A stretch of DNA of 64,000 nt from Lytechinus pictus (taxonomy: Eukaryota), in assembly GCF_037042905.1 (NCBI RefSeq), contig NC_087251.1, positions 8,496,001-8,560,000 on the forward strand, read 5' to 3'. The notes under the pieces were generated by a model that had not been told where the DNA came from, did no database searches, and saw only the letters and a program-made list of their open reading frames with translations. Positions 40,301 to 54,748 of this stretch are shown in pieces; position 1 is the stretch's first letter; every line of letters begins with the position of its first letter. The position numbers were made by a program, and so were the translations under genes.

Positions 40301-43300
40301 TCCTAATCTTACATTTACTTTTCGGAATGACGTCTTCATATCATTGTTTCTTTCTTGACCAAAGAATAGTGAATACATTCAAAGTTCAACTTACGAGGCT
40401 ATTTTGCAATTTACAATCGTTATTTTTGACATTTTGGGAACTTAATTGCCCTTTGCCCTTCAGTAATTTCAGCTGATTAAAAGTATATTCTCTGAGAAGT
40501 CTATGCACTTTGTGTACATACATTAATAGATGTAAGATATTAGCTCTGTTTATCTTTGCATCTTTCATATTGAAAAAGTTGAATTAAGTTATGTACATAC
40601 CTGATAAAGACCATGATCTAGTAGAACTATCTCTACTTCTTTCTTGTCATTGTGTCGTATGAGAACGTTACCTGGATGAGGATCACAGTGAACATATCCA
40701 TTCACAAATATCATCTCACTATACATCTTACCAAGATTCTTGGTGATCTAAAAAATGAGGACACATGCAGAAATCAATCAATATTTACTCTGACAAGCAA
40801 TACGTCAGGGTAATCTAAAGACACTTGCTTTCATATCAACCTATCCTAAATAGTTTTTTTTTAAACTGTAGATACATTATTCTTAGGCAACACAATCTCA
40901 TTCATAACCCCTGCATTTTACTGATTTAATAAAAATACCATAAAAACAAGAAAAAACAAAAAAATTATTAATTTAGCAAACTTTTCTTAATTTTAAAGAT
41001 TTGAATAATTAAGTTCAGTTTACATCCACTATTTTCTATTTGTTATTAATCTATTTTCTTTATGTAATATATTTTAGACTTGTTATACTTACTATCATCT
41101 CAGAAGAATATTTCAAATATTTTTTCCCACTAAAAACTACAAAATGAATAAAGTGTGTGACAACTGTATCAATGTTTAATGCATATCAATCTTCTATGAA
41201 TCTGATCAACACTGAAAAATAACAGACTTTCTCATTGTACATGTACATTGAGTTTAATGAAAGATTCAGTTTTCAGATTTTTGCCATTGAATCACAACTG
41301 GTAGTTAGGTTGGATGGCCAAAGTGGTTAGTATGCCTAGCCGCCATTAAATATTTAATAAAATTTCTTGTTTCTTACTGTAGGAGTATTGTATCAGGTCT
41401 ATTTTTCGATAGGATAGCATTTTTTGTCATCACTTCATAACAAATAGAAAAAATAATTTTAAAATAATAAATCATCAGCCAAGAAGCAAGAATCAAAGCT
41501 ATACCTTTACATTAGTGTAGAACGAGAATTCCTCCAACCCTCTAACACTACACCATACACAATTGACAGCAGAACTCTAGTCTTCATATCTTTCCTCTGT
41601 CCCCCCCCCCCCCCCCCAAATCCTAATAAGATTCTGGTCAATTTAAGGATTTACCAGGCAAAGCTAACATTTGACTTGGGCAATAATCTTCATACCTGAT
41701 TGACATCAATGCCCATCTGATCCATATATTCCTTGTTATCTACCTTGCCTCCATTGCAGTATTCCATGGTTAACACTCGTGATGTAGACTGTTGCCAATA
41801 AATATCAGGAACCTACACCAAGGCGAAGACAAAGGTCAAGTAAAACAGATTTGCCATTAAATTGCAAATATGAAACAACAATTTTGATTGGTTACTGGCT
41901 TGATTTTAGGACAAATCATGTATGCAACAATGACCTTGAATGGAAATTCTCATGTTCTAACTAATATAAAACATTTTCTTTTATAACAAGGCCAATATAT
42001 CAATGGTACTGCTCAGAATACAGAGAATAAATTAGTTCACTGACATTTTCAATAATTTTGAAGGACTGTTTTTTTTTTTTTTTTACTTCATTATCACGAG
42101 AGCAGGAACATATTAAATGAATTAGTACCATATAACTTGTCTCACTGGTAACTCAATGCTATGTCCAATAGTTTGCACAGCTTTTCAGTATTTCATGAAA
42201 CATCCTAACTGTTAAGCTATTGAGATCCTTGTGAATGATTGGATGAAAGTAACTTTTTCAGTTACAAGCACTTCTTAAAATAATGCTCTGCTGGGCTTGG
42301 AGTCTCATTTACAGCATGCTAGTTTCATGACCTCACAAAAATTATGGATGACCCTAACCAACATCTCTGCTGATGCAGAAATGTATTATCTTTTTTTTAA
42401 GGCATCCAATTTTTTTCTTCAATATTTACATTTGTAACATCATCAAAATCATGATTATGTAAATGCAACATTTATATACTTTGCTTATCAAATGCTGATA
42501 TTATTTTACTATGTATATGGTTATCTAGGAAATATGAAAATGGATAGATACTGACACTGGCGATGATATTGAAACTATTCCTATCCACATGAAAATGGGT
42601 ATTAACAGATGGGGTGCATTTCTGCCCTCCACTGACAAAAGAAAGCAACTCTGATTTTCTTCAAAATTGACATCTTTCTTGATTTGGGATATTTTCTGTA
42701 TGATCTACATGATGCTAAAGACATTTGAGTCACATTTCAGCTCCCAATTTCTGAGATATTGGCATTTTGGAAGCAACTAACTCTATATTTCAGTAAAAAG
42801 TTATGAATTTTCCTTATCTACTAACTCATTCCACAAAGTGGCTTCCTTTTGTCAATAGATGGCAGATTTGATATTAGGAGTGCATTTGATTACCTTTAGG
42901 AATTTAAAATGATTTAGCATTTGAGCCACCTTTTCTGCATTCTTTCCTTCTTGGACAAAGTCTAACTCCATTGGAAGCTTCTCTCTCATTTCTTGTGCAA
43001 GCCAGAGTAATTCAAATTCAGGGAAGATTCGAGCAACAGCATTCAGCAGAAACTGTTCAATGATTTAAAATACGCAACCAAAGGTTATTGAATTTCAAAA
43101 AAAAAAAAATATGTTTGTTGAAACCATAAAGGCAAAAATATTCAACATCACTATTTTATCATGAAAAAATGTAAATTTAAGCCAAGTATTTATTCATTTG
43201 AATTATAAAATTCATCTGTATATATATTATCCATGACAGTAGTTTAAAAATTATCTTGTAATTTGCTTATTTATCACTTAAAATTTTTCAAATAATAAAT

Positions 43301-45734
43301 CAATATAAAATCAGAGGTCAGAGCAGGGACAAATTATCTTAAAAAATGACGGGGGAAAAGAAAAATAGTCCATGGCCTTATTCTCTAACCAACCAAGGGA
43401 AAATTTACAATATAGAATGTGGTTACTTTACAAACCTCCACTGTTCTCATGTCCACCTCAGAGTAGGATTTAACATTGGGATGCTGGACTTTGACTGCTA
43501 CCTTAGTCCCATTCTTAAGCAGAGCTGTGTGGACCTGGGCCAAAGAAGCAGTACCTACTGGCTCTTCAGAAAAATCACTGAACAAATCATCCACCTGATA
43601 CAAAATAAATCATGGAACCAGAATTATTCTTCAGACCACGCCTCCCAGTTATGACTTATGAAGATAAGTAGTCTTATTGGTCCAATGCATCTAATTATTA
43701 TGATTGGATATTAACTATCAATGGGAAATACAAGACGAAACAGAATTAGAACTTAATATTTGGGACAATGTAATCAATAGATTATATAATGTGGAGCATG
43801 GTGGCTAAACTAGATAATCATTTAGGGGGAAACATCATGCAATTTGTCCTGAAAAGGAATGTTGTTTATTGTTTAAAGAAACAATTATTTTGAAGAACTT
43901 TTAAGCCACATGAATAACAACAGTTCTTTTACCAGTTTTTTTCCAGGACTGCTTACATTGTGTTTACACAAACTGCATTATCATTGAAAATAAAAATGCT
44001 ATAAAAGATAGCTTAAGGCCATGGTATCTTCATAGAATCTTGATGTAGAGTCTTTTGATCACTTTTGGGATTGAAAGCTCATCACTGATGAATTAATGGA
44101 GTACGAAACTCAGAAATAAGCTATTAATTGTGCATCAGGTAATCTCTCCTTTAGTCAAGCCAAACAAAATGAAGATTTGGCTAGTGACTCAAAGTTGCTC
44201 AAATTGTCCTAATTCCTATTCTCACTTCAATTGATTTGTTACATAGAAAAGCCAAAGAAAGGGTGGATTAATCTCTTGTCTAGCACCTACTGAATTATGG
44301 TGAAAAGTAGGTTAATTGAACAATGAATGCTTTGCTCTTCAAGGTGTATTTTCCAATTAATGAAGCGTATTGCTAAAGGAGCATTACCGGTATCCCTAGG
44401 TCCTCTGCAACAACCTTCTTGATATCCTTGAGAGATGACTGTGGAGCATCATTGTGTAAAACCTTCATTGTACTGACATATTCCTCAGGCAAGAGATAAT
44501 CAAGAGCACCGACGTGTTGACCCAACTTGATGAAAATCCCTCCATTCTTACAACACAGTCTGTGTAGTCTCTTAGCTGACCGCTTGTGAATCTGTCACAT
44601 CAAAACAAATTAAAAATTTGATGACAAAGAACATTCAAGCCTTGTTCAGATACATTGCAACAAAGCTAATTACAAATAATCATATTGTTCAGTCATGTTT
44701 AATGATGTTGTAGTACACTGGCAAATTGGAATATAAAAAAAAGTTGTAATTGCTTACCAGCTATAATTTCAAGCAAATGATCAAGTTCCAGCAAACATTG
44801 GTAATCCAAACAAAAAATAATGTTCAAGAGTTGTAGGGAAGGGGAACAAATCATCATAGAGGCTTTAATGTACAAAAGAATAGCACTTCTCTAAAGCTGA
44901 TTACTTTATTTGCTCTTGGTGTATCATATTATTTGATTTTCAAGATCATTTGATTGTTAAGCAGCTTGAATTTTCATATATAAATAATTGGGAGAAAAAG
45001 ACTGGTAACGACTTACAGTTGACATCATCTCTTTGTACTCTGTAGAACCAGACTCCTTTCCTCTCATGTTCCATTTATAGTCCACTACAATTGCACCTGC
45101 CTGTATCAAGATACATATGCACCTTGCATTTTAAACTGATAGAAATTAACTTTATTTATACAGATCTGGTCCATGAGAGTGTACATGTACAGAACAGATC
45201 ACATGGATATATTTACTTTGCAGACAATAAACTTTCTTTAGTTTCTTCATATAACTTATGAAAATTTGAATTATTTTCACCTAAATTTTCACAAGAAATA
45301 TTTCTTCCTCCACTCCCTTCCTCTCCTTCTTCCCCTCTTATTCATTATCATTATAATAAAGAAGTTGGGGATACATTTATGTTAATATCTCGTATCAATG
45401 AGAGCAGGTTCATTCCCAATGACAAAATTGTGGATATATTTTCTGAAAAATATCTACACATTATTTTATTCTATCGAGGAAAAATTATCATGTGAACATT
45501 AAGATAAAAGGAGAAAACCTGATTCTACTAAAAGTTAAAAACACAATTAGACTTTAGAACAAGTAAACTCACTGAAAAGAAAGCACGACCAAATCTAACA
45601 ACCCCAACAGATGACCAGTCAATGTAGCCTTGGTCTGTTGCTATGGCAACACCTGCCCCTCCAGCTCCACCAAGAATTGATAATGTCATCCATGGTCTAC
45701 GAAACCCATTTCTGAGATATCGAAGGGCCATCAT
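37355..45734 (-). CDS. ADCK1: aarF domain-containing atypical protein kinase 1 (ABC1/UbiB family), ~532 aa
   Basis: Minus-strand exons 45734-45573, 45100-45017, 44591-44388, 43594-43436, 43052-42894, 41812-41696, 40747-40601, 39352-39155, 37723-37355 (TGA). Motifs: NGGIFIKLGQH (KxGQ), PVGTASLAQVH, VAVKVQHP, ELDFVQEGKNAEK, HCDPHPGNVL, LLDHGLYQ, VPRQMLLLLKTNDLLR. Basic, mitochondrial-type N-terminus. Confidence 0.95.
37949..38704. mobile_element. PIF/Harbinger-like MITE in the last ADCK1 intron
   Basis: TIRs GGGCGGTATTCTGAACATTGTC / GACAGTGTTCCAAAATACCACCC; 3-bp TSD CTG; internal TGTCAT/ATGACA motifs. Confidence 0.75.
39504..40098. mobile_element. Older TTAA-flanked MITE
   Basis: TTAA-AGGGATGCTCTGGGCTGAAAA ... 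TTTTCAGCTCGGAGTACCCAT-TTAA; subterminal motifs shared with the 21306/49998 family. Confidence 0.65.
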
Positions 45735-46116
45735 ACCCTATGACCACTTTTACAAGTTTCTGAAAAAAAAAGTCAATCATAACATTAACAAGAATATAAA
45801 TCACAACTTAAGAAACTCTACACTCATAACATAAGATTTAGATTATAGAGTTTTGACCATTCCCCTCAGTACTTGATTTTGAGCTGGGATAGTACTTTTA
45901 GTAGACACAAATCCAACCCGAAGCAATTTTAATGCCAACTGTGGTAACAAATTAAAATTGAATTCATATAGAATCCAATTGAGCGACTATTCAAGTGTCA
46001 GTTTGTATAAATAAAGAAAATATGTAGCAAAGACTTTTCGTAGGAAAATATATAATTGCTGAGAAAATGGCAAAAACAAGCATGAAATATGAGCACAATG
46101 TTGGGTACTTTTCTAA

Positions 46117-46278
46117 TACCTTGGTCACATTTGCTCTATGGCGGCCGTACGGCGAGTCGAAAACAGCCGTTTTAACATTTTATGTACGAGCTACATATAG
46201 GTGGTTTGTATAAAAATGAATAAAACGGCTGTTTTCGACTCGCCGTACGGCCACCGTAGAGCAAATGTGACCGAGGTA
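46117..46278. mobile_element. Hairpin MITE (Tourist/Harbinger-like)
   Basis: ~58-bp TIRs TACCTTGGTCACATTTGCTCTA..; TAA on both flanks. Confidence 0.8.
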
Positions 46279-46839
46279 TAAACAATAATAAAATGCTGGC
46301 TTACCTGTATTGTTGGTAATCTTCGGTGTAATCATTTTTAACTTAGATTTCAAGATTTCACAAAGTTCATTTATGGAACTGTAACAGATCTACAATTATG
46401 TAGAGTGATGATGAACTATGTAGCTCTTAGACCATTTATATGTAGACAATTGAAACCTTTTGTTTTATAGACTTTATCATGGTCAGCACTTACATTTACT
46501 GCAACTATTTTCATTTAGAGGGAGACTATATTTCACTTTACTCGATAAATAAAGATAATTTTCTTAAAATTTGACTGATATAGCTGGAAAACATGACTTC
46601 TGTTAATTAACGAAGCACCGTTTGCTGACTATTTGAAAATCCCATGGGGTGTTCGGTGTGCGATGCCTACATTTAGCAACAGTAACAAACCCAGGCTATC
46701 CAACCTCTCTGTTGTATTCTTCCTCTGCTAAGCTCGCACTCAGAGATCATAGGCATCATTGAGCACTTTTAGAAACGTACGTCGATATGGACGACTGATA
46801 CGAGATTACAATTTTTTGGCCTGCTATATGCCTCAGGTC

Positions 46840-46935
46840 CTTACACACATCCACTATCAGAATTGAGAACCTCGCCACATCCATTTTGCGGTTCTCCTAA
46901 ATCATAGTCGACGTGCACATGAGTGACGTCATTTC
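46840..46935 (-). promoter_or_regulatory. Probable ADCK1 promoter / non-coding first exon region
   Basis: Locally CpG-rich; perfect CRE TGACGTCA at 46924-46931; CAAAATGG (YY1-like) on the minus strand ~46881-46888. The first coding exon has its own acceptor at 45760-1, so an upstream exon is implied. Confidence 0.4.
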
Positions 46936-47807
46936 AACCGCTCAAGCTCAGCATGAAGATCAACCTTTCCCTTTTAAAACACAGTTTTCAGTTACTTTTC
47001 ACAAAATTAATGTAAGTTATACGATGTATTATGTTTATCATATTTGAAATTGCTTTCTGATCTCCAAAATAACTCGCGTAAAAAGGAATCAAAGCAAGTG
47101 AAAGGGCAAGTGTGCACAAGTTGCACCTTAGCATCACTTGAACGGGTCGCCAGGCGATGGTACGGCAGATCTTCCGGGTCGGGCAGCGTGTCATGACCCG
47201 CTGGTTATCGCGCTGTTTCACATGGACGTACGTACACATACAAGTCGAGTGAAATCTAAAGTATTTGCATCTGTAGTGAACAAGGGCAGACGACATCGTT
47301 GACTCAAACTATCAGACGACTGCTACGCTGTTCTCGTTCACTGCTCCTAAAAGTCTCTATCGGCACTGGGAGGACCGCAGTTCTCAAATCATGAAAAAGA
47401 CTGATATAGACATAAAGTTTTCCAAACCCTTTTAATTTATTGTGCATGATGATGAGTCTTGCTCTGACCACTTGTTCACCGCAAGGTTCATCCTGCCCGT
47501 AAGAGCGGGGGATTCATATTCCGGTGACCCGGGTTCGATTCCCACTTGGTACATATTGCCCTTTGGTAAGGCATTAATCCTCATTACCAGGTCCTTCAGA
47601 GAGGACCTTAAGCTGTTGGTCCTCTGGTTGCTTGCTTACAAGCATTCATGCTTTCTTAGCAATCAGGTAAAAAATCCCCATCAATCAATTCAATTTAAAA
47701 AAACATTAAAAAACACTTTTGTGACCAAAAATACTAATTTCCATATAGTTGCAATTGATTTTTCATTAGTAACTTGGGAATTATTTTTGAATTCATCAGA
47801 GTGCTAG

Positions 47808-49303
47808 ACTAGCACATCAATGATGTGGAGCTGATCCGGCATCTCGCAACGAAATTTAACACAATTTTAATTTCAGCCCAGTTGACACTGTAGTGAATTA
47901 TATTGGTGACATAAATTGAGGATATAGAATTGAAATTGATGAAGAAATGACATAGAAGCATTTTTTTGTGATCTATGAATAAATTTCATATAAATTAAAC
48001 ATAAATAACTTTCTAGTCAAAATTTCTTAACTCTGTGTAGAACCTTGGTGAACCTCATGTAGCTCTCAGATGGAACAAAAATAATCAAAATCAATCAACA
48101 AATAAATAAGTAATTTTTGTGAGTTTTTAAAATATATGAATAAATTAGCATATTTAATGAATTTCAAAACTCTGTGTTGAAATTTTGTATCACCACCTCG
48201 AGCTACCAATCATATAAAGCAAACAAAATTGAAATTGATCAACAAATGAAGAAGATTTTTTTTTGTGATTTATGAATAAATTTTGCATAAATTAGCATAA
48301 ATAATTTTCCAGACAAAATTTCAAAATTTTGTGTACAAGTTTGGTGAAACTCATCCAGCTCTACCAGATGGAAGAAAAAAAATCAAAATCTGTCAACAAA
48401 TAAAGAAGAAGAGGCATTTTCTGTGATTTATGAATAAATTTCGCATAAATTAGCATAAATAATTTTCTACTGAAAATTTCAAAATTCTGTGTAGAAGTTT
48501 GGCGAACCTTATGAAGTTCTACCAGATGGAAGAAAAAAAATCAAAATCGGTCAACAAATAAAGAAGAAGAGGCATTTTCTGTGATTTCTGAATAAATTTT
48601 GCATAAATTAGCATAAATAATTTTCTACTGAAAATTTCAAAATTCTGTTTAGAAGTATGGTGAACCTCATGAATGTCTACCAGATGGAAGAAAAAAAAAA
48701 ATCGAAATTGGTCAACAATTAATTAAAGAAGAAAAAGCATTTCATGTGAATTTTTAAAAATATGAATAAATTAATTTCGCATAAATTAGCATAAAAATTG
48801 TTCTGGTCAAAATTTCGAAATTCTGTGTAGAAGTTTGGTGAACCTCATGAAGCTCTACCAGATGGAAGAAAAAAAAATCGAAAATCAGTCAACAAATGAA
48901 GAAGAAGCATTTCATGTGAATTTTTAAAAATTTGCATAAATTAATTTCGCATAAATTAGCATAAAAATTGTTCTGGTCAAAATTTCAAAATTCTGTGTAG
49001 AAGTTTGGTGAACCTCATGAAGCTCTACCAGATGGAAGCAAAAAATTCAAAATCGGTCAACAAATAAAGAAGAAGCATTTTTTGTGAATTTTGAAAAATG
49101 CGCATAAATTAGCATATTTAATGAATTTCAAAATTCTGTGTAGAAGTTTTGAATCCCCCACCTAGTGCTATCATATAAAGCAAACAGAATAGAAATCGGA
49201 CTTGAAATGGCGAAGAAGTAGCATTTTGAATTGTGGACGGACAACAGACGACAGACGCCACGCCACGGCACAAGCTCATTTGGCCCTTCAGGCCGGATGA
49301 CCT
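47808..49303 (-). mobile_element. Inverted copy of the 6935-7923 Helentron/DINE-like element with more tandem units
   Basis: Reverse-complement match of both ends and units. It interrupts another repeat whose inverted, uninterrupted copy is at ~51830-52350. Confidence 0.78.
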
Positions 49304-49997
49304 AAAAACTTGAATTTTTGGCATATTTTTGTGTATGCCCTCTACTGGTGGAAAGTAATATGGCAAGAAAATTGTTTCATTTTTCAATCTCTATTTTTTA
49401 TTTAAAAATAATCAAAAGAATCAAATGTTGAAATCTACTAGTTAAGAGCCAAGTTATATGATTAGTGTCATGGTCTGTAGAACAATATCATGTTACGTTT
49501 TCAGCGTATAGAAGTTTACAAGATGACTGTCATATTAGGTTGTAATATGTATTCGTATATCTGTACATGGATATAAGCTGCTTTTTCGTATACATTGCGT
49601 TGTCATGTTTTATTTTTGTTGTTGTTGATTATTATTATTGTTAAAATCACTGATATATTTTTGTTTGTTTTTTTATTATATTGATTCAATAAAACACATT
49701 AAAAAAAAAAAAGTTATATGATTAGCTATAGTCTCTAAATAAACTGAGACTCTCACTGAGCTGAGTGAGAGTCTCAGTTTCCATCAGTAGTTTGTGAGTG
49801 TCAAACAATCAAGCATTTTTTCCAAAGAAAAAAGAAAATAAGCCAAACACTGCCAACCTTACTTTGCCACACATGGAGAACTAACAGAAAACAAGGTTAG
49901 GCCTATATCATAACCTTGTTCATTGAATGAGTGGCTATAAAAACGTTAAGACATTTGTTAGGGCACAACAATAATCAATATTCATTTTTAATATTAA

Positions 49998-50601
49998 AGG
50001 ACAAGTCCACCCCAACCGTTAGTTGATTTGAATAAAAAGAGAAAAATCCAACAAGCATAACACTGAAAATTTCATCAAAATCGGATGTAAAATAAGAAAG
50101 TTATGACATTTTAAAGTTTTGCTTAATTTCACAAAACAGTTATATGTAAATCCTGGTCGGTATGCAAATGAGGAGACTGATGACGTCATCCACTCACTAT
50201 TTCTTTTGTATTTCATTATATGAAATATGAAATATTCAAATTTTCTCCTCATTGTCAAGTGAAACAAAGATTAATTCCTCCCTGAACATGTGGAATTAGC
50301 ATTGTTTTAATACTATATGGTTCAGTTAAGTTGGTCCTTACTGTCAAATCTGTAAAAAATGAAATATTGTATAATTCAAACAATAAAAAACAAAAGAAAT
50401 AGTGAGTGATGGACATCATCGACTGACTCATTTGCATGTCACTGAGATGTGCATATAACTGTTTGGTGAAAAATAAGCGAAATTTTAAAAGGTCATAAAT
50501 TTCTTATTTTACATCCGATTTTGATGAAGTTTTTAGCGTTTTGCTCAATGGATTTGTCTCTATTTATTTAAATCATCAATTTTCTGGGGTGGACTTGACC
50601 T
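49998..50601. mobile_element. TTAA-flanked AGG..CCT MITE (Kolobok-like), complete copy
   Basis: TTAA-AGGACAAGTCCACCCC ... GGGGTGGACTTGACCT-TTAA. Confidence 0.88.
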
Positions 50602-51150
50602 TTAATAATCAGTATATCGTAATAGACTCTAACGTTATATTTATTTGCTGTACTAGCCTGTAGCCCGGGGGGGGGGGGGGGGGGTACTCGACCATTTGGT
50701 AGGGGTGTGCCGCGGGCGAGACAAAAAACGAGGGCTCCGGAGCGGGCTTATTGTAAAATGGAGGGTCCTTGGAACAGGCTTCGGAACTACAAATGTTTGT
50801 GAAAACGGGGGTCCTTGGAACGGATCGCCTGCGTGTGACTGCGTATGCATCTCTATGGACAGGCATACGTGCATGTAGCTAGTCCGGCGGCACGGGCTCC
50901 AGGTGCGCTTGCGCAGAGGCGATGGTCGAACAGCGCTCTGCGGCCGCTTTTCACCAAAATGGCAGCTCATTGTATCGGATCAATGCGACCGGAACGGCGA
51001 AACGAAAAATATGCGAAGCTTTGGAGCGGATTTTTCTCGATGAGAAGAAAATGCTATATGCTTTGGAACGGCTTTCTTTGTTCTTTTTCTCAATGAGATA
51101 AAAATGTCATGCCTTGGAACAAAAATTTGAGTGTAAAAATGGGGATCCCC

Positions 51151-53198
51151 TAGCCTGGAGGCTTCTGGGGAGTAAAATTATTTACTACGTAGGCTTACTC
51201 CCCATGAAGCCTGGGACGGCATGCCATTTGTCCCTGTGTAGGGATAGGATTCCCACGGTGGAAGTAAACTTAAATCACACATTTTCCTTTAAGTTTAGAG
51301 CCCAAACTAACGTAAATGGGCCCAAACAATATTTACCCCCCGTTTTTAATAGAGGTCCTTATATTTATTAAATAAATAGTACTAAATTTGAAAAAAAAAA
51401 CATAAAAAGAGCACGAGCGTTTACTTACCCAGTCTGTTTACGTCGCCATTTTGGAGTCTTTTGTTATCGATACCAAGATACCACACGCGTGAATCGGCAA
51501 AAAAATATTACGAATCGTAAAATACTTGTTTCGGTCGATAAATATCATAAAAATTGCTAAATGATATTTATCGACTAAAACAAGTATTTTATGATTCGTA
51601 ATATTCATTGGCTGATGCAAGTATTTTTTTAAATCTTAGACTGCAGCTCTACACGCGTGTGGTATCTTATTATCGATAACAAAATTATTAATTTCCATAC
51701 AGTTGCAATTTATTTTTCATTAGTAACCAGGGAATAATTTTTGTATTCACCAGAGCGCTCAAAAACTTTTCAATCTCCATTATTAATTAAGAAAAAATAA
51801 TTTTAATTGTAACTGAGAACAAGGTTATATCCACTCATTCAATGAACAAGGTTATGATATAACCTTGTTCTCAGTTACATCTCCATGTGTTGCAAAATAA
51901 GGGTAGCAATGTTTGGCTTATTTTCTCTTTTTCTTTGGACAAATGCTTGATTTTTTTACACTGTCTGTTTCCAATACAGCTATTCATCATATAACTTGGC
52001 TCTTAAGTAAATTTGATTCTTTAAATTATTTTTTCTTAATTAAAAATAGAGATTGAAAAATGAACATTTTCTTACCATATTACTTTCCACCAATAGAGGG
52101 CGTACACAAAAATATGCCCAAAATTTAAGTTTTTGAGCGCTCTGGTGAATACAAAAATTATTTTCTGGTTACTAATGAAAAATAAATTGCAACTGTATGG
52201 AAATTAGTCATTTTGGTCACAAAAGTGACATTTTAATGATTTTTTAAAGTGTGTGCTGTGTACAGCATTGGCATACCATAGTCCTACCTGTAGATTCCCC
52301 ACAGGCAGGATGGTTGCAGTGAACAAGTGGTTATATCATAACCTTGTTCATTGAATGAGTGGGGTGAATTTAAAATATGAAAAGAATGAAAAGGGGCAAG
52401 GACCTCAAGTGATAAAACAGAACATAATTACGTTCCAATTTTTTTTTCTTTTATTTATCCCCTTGAAAGCCATAGCACAGATTTGTTTTGCATTCATTTT
52501 ATGTGATAATTTGTAAAAAAAAAATTTCATTTGATTGTAATCCTTTATGTTTGGATTTGAAATAAATAACATTAACTTGAAACTTCCCCGCCCTCCCCCT
52601 TGAAAATTTTGATCTGCCCCTAAATGGGCCTTTGTGGTAAGAGATTTTTTTATTTTATTTATTTTTTAATGAAAATAGGTTTGGCTTTTAAATCAATTTG
52701 TATCGATACGAAACAAAATTGCAAATTTGTCTTGATTGAGGCTATCAAGATTTCATTACCAGAATGCATTACGAGCAAAGTTTTTGAAACCTCTACGGTC
52801 AGTGGTCCAAACGAGTTGATGAGCCTCTATGGTTTCGTAAGATCTTTTTTCTTTTTCGATTTGTCACTGTCGAACACCAAAGACGTAATGGAGGCAGCTG
52901 GATGAGGTTCACGTAGAGAAATCAATGAGTTTTTATTCATTTTTTATTATGACTTTAAGTTTAATGTCATTTCCATCAGAATTACATTTTGAATTAACGG
53001 ATCAGTTCAAGTATGAACTGATTCGCGATGCTTTGGGCAACGGATGGAGGGAAAATGAGCAATGTATATTTTTACAATTGGAAGGCATACAGACGAGAAC
53101 GAGGTTATATTATTATAACCTCGTTCGTAGGATGAGTGGCTTCATGGGGAGTAAGCCTACGTAGTAAATAATTTTACTCGCCAGAAACCTCCAGGCTA
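51151..53198. mobile_element. hAT-like composite non-autonomous element
   Basis: ~61-bp TIRs TAGCCTGGAGG..GAGTAAAATTATTTACTACGTAGGCTTACTCCCCATGAAGCC; 8-bp TSD GGATCCCC/GGGTCCCC. Interrupts a CCCGGGG-type element (50663-~53254). Confidence 0.8.
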
Positions 53199-54748
53199 GG
53201 GTCCCCTCCGCAGCACATACCGTACCCACTACGCATCACTCTAGGCGACACCCCAATACTTACCCGTGTTAATAAACTGGGACTCCACTCACGCGTATTT
53301 GGGCCGCCCTAGCTTAGAACTAAGCATTGATATCACTTTACAAAATATATCTACAAGGTATGTATAATCTATTTACTACTTTGATAATGTTTAAACGGTA
53401 CTCACCAGTTCTTTTGATGTATTTTCTCCAGAATTCCCACGGATTTGTCCCAAATCTTGCGACAAACCACGTCGCGGTAGACAGCTGTACATTCTTTTTT
53501 ATTTATAAATAGAGCGCCCCTTACGATAGTTGTTAACAACGCGGCCAAATCGTTAGGTTTTTTGCACTGTGTCCAAGGCGTTTTTATTTTGTTTGATCTT
53601 TTATTTTTTAATAAACATTTTGTTAAATAGCGATTTTTACGTCAAATATTAAATTTATATCATAAAATATTTTTAATTGTAGAGATATATATAATATCAT
53701 GCAATAATTTATTCTAGGCCTATATATATTTTATAATAAAATTTATAATTGTTGCGGTCTTTAAAAAAGGATAGTCGATAGATCAGGTGATGACTACACG
53801 TATCACGTGATCTGAAAATCAGCTTCATACCGCTTTGATCGCACTCGACGGTGACCAGACTGACTGCCAAGAAAAGATCGAAAAAGGACTCAAATGTAAG
53901 TTTCCCTTTATTTTATTAAATTTTAAGTAAAGTTAGGAATAGGATGATATTTAATGGGCAATCTTTTAATAAATGATAAACAAACGAGGAAAAAACTCGT
54001 ATTTAGCATTTTAGGGAGTAATATCATACTTGGCCCTTGGGTGCAGGAAACAGTAACAGTTCTACTTCTAACCTGTTTTTAACGCATTGTCGCCTATGAC
54101 TATGAGGTCCATACATGCTAATGATTGGACCTCATTGGTACTACTACTACTAAAAAAAGTTAGGAGTGCTACGCATTGCCATTATTAATTATACCGAGTC
54201 TGAGTGCCCCCCCCCCCCCCCCGGGCCTGTACTCTGTACTGTAGGCCTAACAGTAACACTAACACTACAGCAAATAGATACTTAGATTTATATATTAGCT
54301 GTATGTAGCCTGTAGGCCTAACAGCACATAGATAGTTAGATCTAGACTAGTTCTAGTAGTGTTAGTGTTACTACACAGTCTTCCGAAAAAAAAAATTTAA
54401 ATAAAAAACATCCAACGCAATACCCAGTAGGTGGGACAATGTAGATCGAGATCCAACTCAACTGTTTTAATGTGAAAGGTCCGGCCGATACTCTATCTGC
54501 TTCGTCTAGGCCTATAGTATAAAGTACCGGTATAACTAAGCCTAACTGTTAGAGATTCTCAAATACAATTAATAGGCTACTTATTTTACCAAGTAATTCC
54601 AAATTTTGGGGCAAACGCTTACCGTACGATTTGGATAGAGAAACTAAATACACGACCGGTCAGCTTCGGCGGCTCAGCACGATGACGTTGAATTGAAATT
54701 ACGAAATTACGTAATATCGCCCGGTTGCACCCGATGCATATGGCAATG

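Noticed and set aside
47465..52350. One giant fold-back transposon
   Set aside because: The right-hand arm lies inside a separate TSD-flanked hAT-like element, so these are better explained as independent opposite-orientation copies of one repeat.
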